Positions 55,867-64,000 of a stretch of 64,000 bases of DNA are shown in pieces. The position numbers were made by a program, and so were the translations under genes. A model generated the notes under the pieces. The model was not told where the DNA came from. It was given only the letters and a program-made list of their open reading frames with translations, and searched no databases. Each line of letters starts with the position of its first letter. Position 1 is the stretch's first letter. The DNA comes from Octopus vulgaris (lineage: Eukaryota): positions 75,764,001 to 75,828,000 of the forward strand of contig OX597826.1 in the NCBI GenBank assembly GCA_951406725.2, given 5' to 3'.

Positions 55867-56100
55867 CTTCTTCTTCTTCTTCTTCTTCTTCTTCTTCTTC
55901 TTCTTCTTCTTCTTCTTCTTCTTCTTCTTCTTCTTCTTCTTCTTCTTCTTCTTCTTCTTCTTCTTCTTCTTCTTCTCCTTCTTCTTCTTCTTCTTCTTCT
56001 TCTTCTTCTACATCGTCGTCGTCGTCGTCGTCATGTTGTCGTCATCGTCGTCATTGACATCGTTATCATCAACATCATAATCATGGTCATTAACATCAAT
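55837..56100. repeat. (CTT)n tract followed by (CGT/CAT)n
   Basis: Seen directly. Confidence 0.95.
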
Positions 56101-56702
56101 AATAGCGAATTGTCAATCCTCTCTGGTTTGTCCATGCCTTGTTGAAGAGGATGGGCTGGCAAAACAGAATTGCACCAGTTGTTCCTCGCCTATAATCACC
56201 CCAGTATGATTGAAGTGAGTAGGAGGAAAGGTTTAACAGTGGGAGGGAAAGCGTGTACGTGGGAGGAAAGATTATGGGATGGATCTTTAGTAGAAGTCTT
56301 GGGAAACTTTTGTAAATAGCAAAAATTAATGGCTTCCGTACTCAAAAATGTTTGTTGTTTTCTATATTTATCGTTGTGGGAACTATAAATAAAAATACTG
56401 ACTGGGCGTCCTTAAGAGAGCGCAGCTCGATCTTGTTTACGAAAATTTCACTGCTCAGAAGCGAATAAGTATATTGAGCATACTTATGAATATTGTACGG
56501 AGAGCTTCTTAATTAAAAGCCCTTCATAGTTTGAGAAAGAGATCAAAACATCGAACTGGAACTGTGAAGTGACTCCCAAAGTAAAGCTGAAGGAAATTGC
56601 AAGAGAATTAATATCTCGAAGACAGGTTCCTTACTAAAAGGAAGAAAATTTTTTTCTCGTTTACAAACGATTACATATTATTATTATTATTATTATTATT
56701 AC

Positions 56703-56733
<31 letters not shown>

Positions 56734-57287
56734 GAGTGAGAGGCAGTGCATGCCATCAAAGTGACACTGGGGTACAAATATACGAAGCCCAGTATACCCA
56801 TCATGACTACCCGTCGTGTATGGGTACACAGGCATATGTTCACAACCATATGTGCACGACATGGTGATCTCATATCAAGATAAGCAGCGCATGACCTTGC
56901 AGGTGGGGCCCAGTTACAATTTTCTTCTGGTTGGGTAACCCATCCCACTCAAAAGGTCCCTGATTAAGGGTTGTTTAAGGATGTTGAATGAAACACCCAT
57001 GTTTCCAGAGGTGAATCATTCAAACCCCAAAGAATCCCTCTCAACACATGGCTATGATGCTCCCCCACTACTTCTACTCGTGATCAGAGATGCACATATA
57101 GTCAGCCACTAAGGGACATGCTCAACTGGTTAAGGTCAAACAACTGACAAGCAAATCTGTGGTATTGAGCAGAATATTTGCTGTAGGCCATCTTTTATAC
57201 CAAGACAAAACAATGTACATGATAACACTTCTAATCAGTTAAGATCAGAAGCCATGAGAGCCACTGCCTGGAACTGCATCAGGGCAT
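56734..57287 (-). mobile_element. ~555-bp (TAA)n-flanked element, copy 2
   Basis: Reverse complement of 13673-14228, flanked by (TTA)n on both sides. Confidence 0.85.
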
Positions 57288-57305
57288 TTATTATTATTAT
57301 TATTA

Positions 57306-57378
<73 letters not shown>

Positions 57379-57384
57379 ATATTA

Positions 57385-57451
<67 letters not shown>

Positions 57452-57665
57452 TATTATTACTATTTAAGGAAGAAGTAGCAACACGTTTGACCTTTGCAAT
57501 TCCATTCACCCGTCTAGATAGGTGAGGTTGATGCGGTTGGACTACACGTGAAAAGTGTTCCGAATGGCTGCACTTGTGCGTGTGGGGGTGGGAGTGGAGG
57601 GGGTGTCTGTGTCTGTGTTTGTCTCTGTATGTGTGTGAACGCATGTATTTATGTACATATGTACA

Positions 57666-57728
<63 letters not shown>

Positions 57729-58009
57729 TACTACTACTACTACTACTTCGTTCTATGTAATAGAAGCATATTAAATTAAAGCAGTCTTCTCTGCGTCATA
57801 TTTCATGTAAATACATCATTGAAAGGCAAGTTGCTGCAGTATTCGTAGTGAATTAACAATCACTGGGTGACTATATTTTTAATGTGATATCGGATCCTCG
57901 TAAAATTATCACCAGCTCCGCCTCAGGTATGTAAGCAGTACTCAATATGGATTCCACTTCAGTCCTTGCCTATGTTTTTGTTTTTGTTTTTAATTCTATT
58001 TATCTTTCA

Positions 58010-58420
58010 TCGTCTACTGGTTACAGTCATTCGATTGCGACCATACTGGGACACGACCTTGAAATATTTTTAGTCGAATGAATCGACCCCAGTTCTTATT
58101 TCTTAAAGACTAGTACTTATTCTATCGGCGTCTTTTGATGAACCACTAAGTTACGAGAACGTAAACACACCAACACCGTTTGTCAAACGGTGGTAGGGGA
58201 CAAACACAGAACAAAGACACATACATATAGATACACATACACACACACACACATATATATATATAAATATATATATACGACGGGATTCTTTCAGTTTCTG
58301 TCTATGATATCCACTCACAAGGCTATAGTAGAAGACAATTGCCCAAGGTGCCATGCAGTGGGACTGAACCCAGAACTATGTGCTCGGGAAGTATGCTCTT
58401 TACCACACAGCTATGCCCGA
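58010..58420 (-). mobile_element. SINE family A
   Basis: Both halves and the internal microsatellite are present. Confidence 0.85.
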
Positions 58421-59149
58421 TGTTCCAACAACTGATCAGACATTTTCTGAAGTTCAAAACAATGGACTGCAACTTTGATAACGTTATAAGTATCTGGTTA
58501 CCTTGATGCATCATCAGAAATCGTGGGGCCAAGCATCTGGTGCATCTTCGAGGGTTTTGGAAAGAGGTTATTTACGAGCAGAGAGGATGAAGTACAAGAT
58601 ATTAAATGAGCAAATTGTAATAAAGATGGCGGCCAATATTGACGCAGGGTCTCAAATATCAGTGGGAAGGCAACTCAGAAGATTAAGTCGACTCTAATAT
58701 TTTACTGGCGGTTATTTTAACAACCCGGGGACGATGAGCAGCTATACCGACCTTAGGAGAATTTGAACTTGAAACCCAAAATTATTATAGCTAAACGACA
58801 AAAATAACCCAAGATATTTAATTCGCGAATCTTCCTATCGTGACAGACACAACCCTTCATTTACTCTTGTAATTATAACTAGAACTTAACGCAGGTTGGG
58901 CTGCGTTAAATGCTCATCCTCCCTTATTATGTTACTTAATTGGGAGAATTATTTGACCCAATAATTGACGAATAAAAACGAAAAGGATTTCTTTTCTGTA
59001 CAGAAATGGTCCATATTTGAATGCAATGTGTACTGCTAATTACTATTGGCTCCTCTTTCTAGAAAACAAAAATAGTGTTAGCATGCGTTCAAGATAAACC
59101 ACAAATAAATTTAGAATTTACCGGGAGTGTTACATTCCTTGGAGGGCAA

Positions 59150-60390
59150 CACAGTTAAATAGTTCAGTACCAAAAAGGAGCGATGTTCAGCCATTGTCCG
59201 CAGAGTAGGGTAACGTATACAAAGGATGGGCTGAGTTTATGATGTGTAGCTCTTATTTTAGGAGGGCAGAACTGATGCAACATTCTAAACTGAAGCAATG
59301 GGATAGTTTATATGCATAACAATGCAAAATTCCTTCGAACATAAAGAGAAGATAGGCGTAGGAGTGGCTGTGTGGTAAGTAGCTTGCTAACCAACCACAT
59401 GGTCCCGGGTTCAGTCCCACTGCGTGGCACCTTGGGCAAGTGTCTTCTGCTATAGCCTCGGGCCAACCAAAGCCTTGTGAGTGGATTTGGTAGACGGAAA
59501 CTGAAAGAAGCCTGTCGTATATATGTATTTATATGTGTGCGTGTTTGTCCTCGTAACTTAGCGGTTCGGTAAAAGAGACCGATAGAATAAGTACTAGGTT
59601 TACAAAGAATAAGTCCTGGGGTCGGTGCTCCAGCATGGCCGCAGTCAAAAGACTGAAACAAGTAAAAGAGTAAAAGAGTAACAATGCAAAATTCCTTCGA
59701 ACATGAAGAGAAGATAAATATAGTCTGATATAATCAACAGATATACGGATTTGACAGGGAGAATAGTTTAGGCTTGTTCTTATAACTCGCCTTTGAAATT
59801 TCTCAAAACGAACTCTTTGAGATAAATTTACGACAGCCCAAGCTGTTGAGGCAAACTGAAAGTGGGAGACGATGTACTTTTTGTATGCTTGTTGGAGTAC
59901 AGCTTCATCAGGCAGGTAATACGATATCCGGTGGAGTAAAAACAGGTGAGGTGGAACTGTTTTGAACACATGATCAACGCGGCCATTAAATTTGATGACA
60001 GCAGTTAGTTAACATCGCGGTTGCTTGATATCGTTTGCAAACGTAACAAGGGAATTCAAGAACGTTATGCTTTCTAGCAGTTCACCTGATTTAGAAAAAA
60101 AAAAAAAAAAACCAACAGTTTAAGGGTAATTAAAGTGCATGTTCCACAGAGAAACCCAATCTGAATATACGATATAAGTCATGGTTGTGTTTACTGTATG
60201 ATACCAGCGATAGAGGTACCAGTGATAATAAACATAACAGCGTCAGCATTGATTAAGTCAGCTTAGAAGAAACAACTGTATCAGCAATGTCATTAATAAA
60301 ATAAATCAGGTTGGAGCTATTACACTTCACTGAGGTAAGCCAGGTGTTTGAGCTAAACTTATCAGAGAATGTGTTACTGGTTTTAACCCT
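59150..60390 (-). pseudogene. Old LINE RT C-terminal remnant interrupted by a SINE
   Basis: FINDI-like motif near 60290; QAYKKYIVSHFQFASTAW..FEKFQRRVIR..SLHVRR resembles YKxYIRPxLEYASxVW..LExVQRRAxR..SLxxRR. Confidence 0.6.
59355..59678 (+). mobile_element. Young SINE family A copy with 38-bp target-site duplication
   Basis: Direct repeats 59317-59354 and 59679-59716 differ at one base; tail (gtaaaaga)n. Confidence 0.92.
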
Positions 60391-60567
60391 TCGAGTTCTT
60401 CTATAAACAAAATTACCGAATCAACAAAAAAAAACCGTGATTACGTATTCTGTAAGCAGGTAGCTTTTATGCAATAGCTGCATGATATGTAATGCAGATA
60501 TCATATAAGAGTATGGAACATTATTTAACAGCCTCATAACGTATAATACACATATACCAATACATAT

Positions 60568-60679
<112 letters not shown>

Positions 60680-60684
60680 TTATG

Positions 60685-60717
<33 letters not shown>

Positions 60718-60754
60718 GTATGTATATGTATGTATGTATATGTATATTTATTCT

Positions 60755-60937
60755 TTTTTTATTCTTTTATTTGTTTCAGTCATTTGACTGCGGCCATACT
60801 GGAGCACCGCCTTTTTAGGCGAACAAATCGCTAAGTTATGGGGACGTAAACACACCAACATCGGTTGTCAGGCGATGATAGTGGAGACAAACACAAACAC
60901 ACAAACATACACGCACACACACACACACACATATATA

Positions 60938-60976
<39 letters not shown>

Positions 60977-61115
60977 GACGGGCTTCTTTCAGTTTCCGTC
61001 TGCCAAATCCACTCACAAGGCTTCGGTCACACCGAGGCCATAGCGGAAGACACTTGCCCACATGGTTCTGGGTTCAATCCCACAGCGTGGCAAGCTACTT
61101 ACCATACAGCCACTC
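60755..61115 (-). mobile_element. SINE family A, internally deleted
   Basis: Family motifs present. Confidence 0.8.
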
Positions 61116-61697
61116 TGTTTTTTTTTTTTTTGTTTGTTTTTTCGTTGAGGGACCCCGTTCGGTGAATAAGTTGGACTGAGTTTATCTGTCGTTTAGAGGC
61201 GAGATAAAATCCATGTATCTGACTGTCCATACAGGCATGCCTCACCTTACGTCGTTTCCAATTATGACATATTCAACTTTACGTGGAAATTATTGGAACA
61301 AAATTTATTTCAACTTCAGTCGATTTATCCGACTTCACATCCGTCTCAGCAAACACCGTTAAATGCATAAAAATTTGTTCGAAATACCTAAAAACCAACA
61401 TTGAGGCGGAAAATTAAATGAAATCCATATGAAAACGTACAAGCCATTTAACAAAGCAGATATGAGCTAACAAATTTTTAAGGTGTTTCTTTTCATGTTA
61501 CAACTGTTTTAGAATTAATCATGACTTGAAACCAATTATCGACGTAAGCTGAGGTGTGCCGGTATTTTATACAGCGAGAACAGAATATAATTAGGTGTTT
61601 TTCCACTAATGATGCTTAATGCGAATTCTCGCTGGGGTCTCATGTGTGATCTCAGTTGCAGTATCGGAAAGTTTTCAGTCCCGAGGAGGAAACAGAT

Positions 61698-62615
61698 TAA
61701 TGGTTCCCAACCATTTTTTTACCTATAGACCTCTTTGATCCCTATTTTGCTCAGGTGGACCCTCATAACCATTCAGTGTTTAAAAAATTCCATTATATTT
61801 TTTTTTTTTTTTTTTTTGTACTTGTTTCAGTCATTCGACCGCGGCCATGCTGGAGCACCGCCTTTAGAGTGGTGAAAGAGTACAGCAGGGATCACCACCA
61901 TCCCCTGCCGGAGCCTCGTGGAGCTTTTAGGTGTTTTTCGCTCAATAAACACACACAACGCCCGGTCTGGGAATCGAAACCGCGATCCTCCGACCGCAAG
62001 TCCGCTGCCCTAACCACTGGGCCATTGCGCCTCCATTATATTTTTATCATTAAATATTAGTAGGAATTATATAAAAAAAAACATTGTTACAATATCTTTC
62101 TGTTCTAAGGCGGTGAGCTGGCAGAAACGTTAGCCCCCCCGGGCGAAAGGCTTAGCGGTATTTCGTCTGCCGCTGCATTTTGAGTTCAAATTCCGCCGAG
62201 GTGGAATTTACCTTTCATCCTTTCGGGATCGATAAATTAAGTACCAGTGACTCACTGGTCTCAATGTAATCGACTTAATCCGTTTGTCTGTACTTGTTTG
62301 TCCCCTCTATGTTTAACCCCTTGTGGACAATAAAGAAATAGGTATTTCGTCAGCCGCTACGTTCCGAGTTCAAATTCCGCCGAGGTCGACTTTGCCTTTC
62401 ATCTTTTCGGGCCCGATAAATCAAGTACCAGTTGCGGATTGAGGTCGATCTAATCGTCTGCCCCTCTCCCCCAAAATTTCGGGCCTTGTGCCTAGAGTAG
62501 AAAAGGATATTTTGTGTATTGTAGAAATATACCCAATTTACTGCACATAAATTTTAACAATAAAATCTTATGCGGACCCACAAGGGCCATAGGGAACCCC
62601 GTTTGACAATCACTG
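61698..62615. mobile_element. Probable hAT/Charlie-type MITE carrying nested SINE A/C (61815-62033) and SINE B (62108-62510)
   Basis: Ends taatggttcccaacc and gtttgacaatcactg resemble Charlie-type TIRs; the nested SINEs match families elsewhere in the window. Confidence 0.5.
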
Positions 62616-63211
62616 TATTAGAATATCATAAGTGATCTGAGTAGCGGTACAGGGAAGTTTTTAGTCCTGAGTAGGAAATGAATGGATAGAAAGTGTTGTT
62701 CTAGACTCTGGAGGAAGTGAGTCAGAGATCAGCAGAGGGAAGTAGGAAGAAAGGGTGTGGCAGTTATACTTTTGTGACGGGAGATGCACAGAAGGAAGGG
62801 TCCTTATAATAAGACGGAGAAGAGGGCTAGGGAGTATAGGGCTTAGAGGAGACTGTCGGGTAGGTATCCGTTGGTGGTTTCTGAATGGGGTGGCGTGTAT
62901 GTTTGATCTCAAACATAGCTGTTTGGATGAAGTTTTACTTGGTGACTAACTGTCGTGGTACGTCTACGCACGTAGCAATATACGCATACAGACGCCATTT
63001 GCATGCGTGTAAGGGCCGTGGTGATGGTGGTGGTGAGGGGTCGTGTGTATGTGTGCGTGCGCGTTTGTGTGCGCGTGTGTATGCGTGCGTAAGCATATGT
63101 CTTCTCTTGTCAACATTTCTTACTGTGAACTTCCCTTTGTAAATTTGTGTCATTTCTTTATTTGCACTCGAACACAATCACAAAATGTCACATTCGCGAA
63201 AAGCAAAACAA

Positions 63212-63245
<34 letters not shown>

Positions 63246-63312
63246 GCGCATGCAAAACCCCATACAAAGTTGCACATATATAAAAATATATATATATATA
63301 TATACAGATGTG

Positions 63313-63360
<48 letters not shown>

Positions 63361-63479
63361 TATGCACATGTACACGCATGTGTATTCATATATATATATA
63401 TAAGCATATATTTATATTTATATTTATATTATATATATGTATACACGCACAGACACAGACTCACACAAACAAACGCACG

Positions 63480-63510
<31 letters not shown>

Positions 63511-63634
63511 ACAAACACACATTAAGGGTTATGGACATTGACTTCCTCTCCTTGACTAAACAGTTAAAAGAATAGACAGACAGACAGACAGACAATTTTA
63601 ACCAATTTTCAATCCTTTAGGTTTTTTGTTCTTA

Positions 63635-63840
63635 ATTGTTTCAATCATTTGACACCGGCCATGCTGGAGCACCGCCTTAAAAAATTTGTTAAGCGAATCG
63701 ACATCTCGTGCCTATTCTTTTTTTCAAATAACTGGTACTTACTGTATCGGTTTCTTTTGTCGAACCGTTCAGTTACAGGGGCATAAACACACCAACACCG
63801 GTTACCAAGCGGTAGTAGAAGTGGCGAGGACCAAACACAG
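63635..63840 (-). mobile_element. SINE family A, 3' half
   Basis: Family motifs present. Confidence 0.8.
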
Positions 63841-64000
63841 TCATACATGTATGTATGTATGTATGTGTGTGTATATGTGTATGTGTGTGTGTGTGTGTGT
63901 ATACATATACATATATATCATTAGATGGTGTAATTTTATATTTTGTGAGTATTCTTCTGACTTTAATCAATATAAATATATATGTATAAGAAGACTTCGA

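Noticed and set aside
62640-62950. Possible Penelope linker-region remnant on the minus strand
   Set aside because: Only vague similarity (RQSP..L, scattered Cys); cannot be supported without a search.

Overview
This is AT-rich eukaryotic DNA with no intact host gene, rRNA, true tRNA or CRISPR array. It reads as intergenic or deep-intronic sequence. The density of (TA)n/(TATG)n/(TAA)n microsatellites and the SINE types suggest an octopus genome; this is inference from recognised repeat families, not a search result. Almost every ORF in the supplied track is a microsatellite artefact or a transposon fossil. Class I elements present: at least three tRNA-headed SINE families (one with a Nin/Deu-like core), CR1/L2-type, RTE, R4/Dong-type and Hero-type LINE fragments, and many Penelope-like (PLE) ORF and pseudo-LTR fragments. 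Class II elements present: mariner, maT-like and hAT (Buster/Charlie) fossils, and Helitron pieces. The main hidden signal is about a dozen minimal type-I hammerhead ribozyme motifs, read by eye, in PLE-type fragments. Their cores covary at the 3-8 tertiary pair (C-G, U-A, A-U, U.G) and most have palindromic stem III. One lies in a roughly 300-bp element that joins a Pol III tRNA-like head to a hammerhead-bearing PLE-type tail. Also notable: recurrent foldback inversions, a ~555-bp non-coding element inserted twice in (TAA)n, and a shared SINE/RTE 3' tail. No ribozyme activity or database identity was tested.
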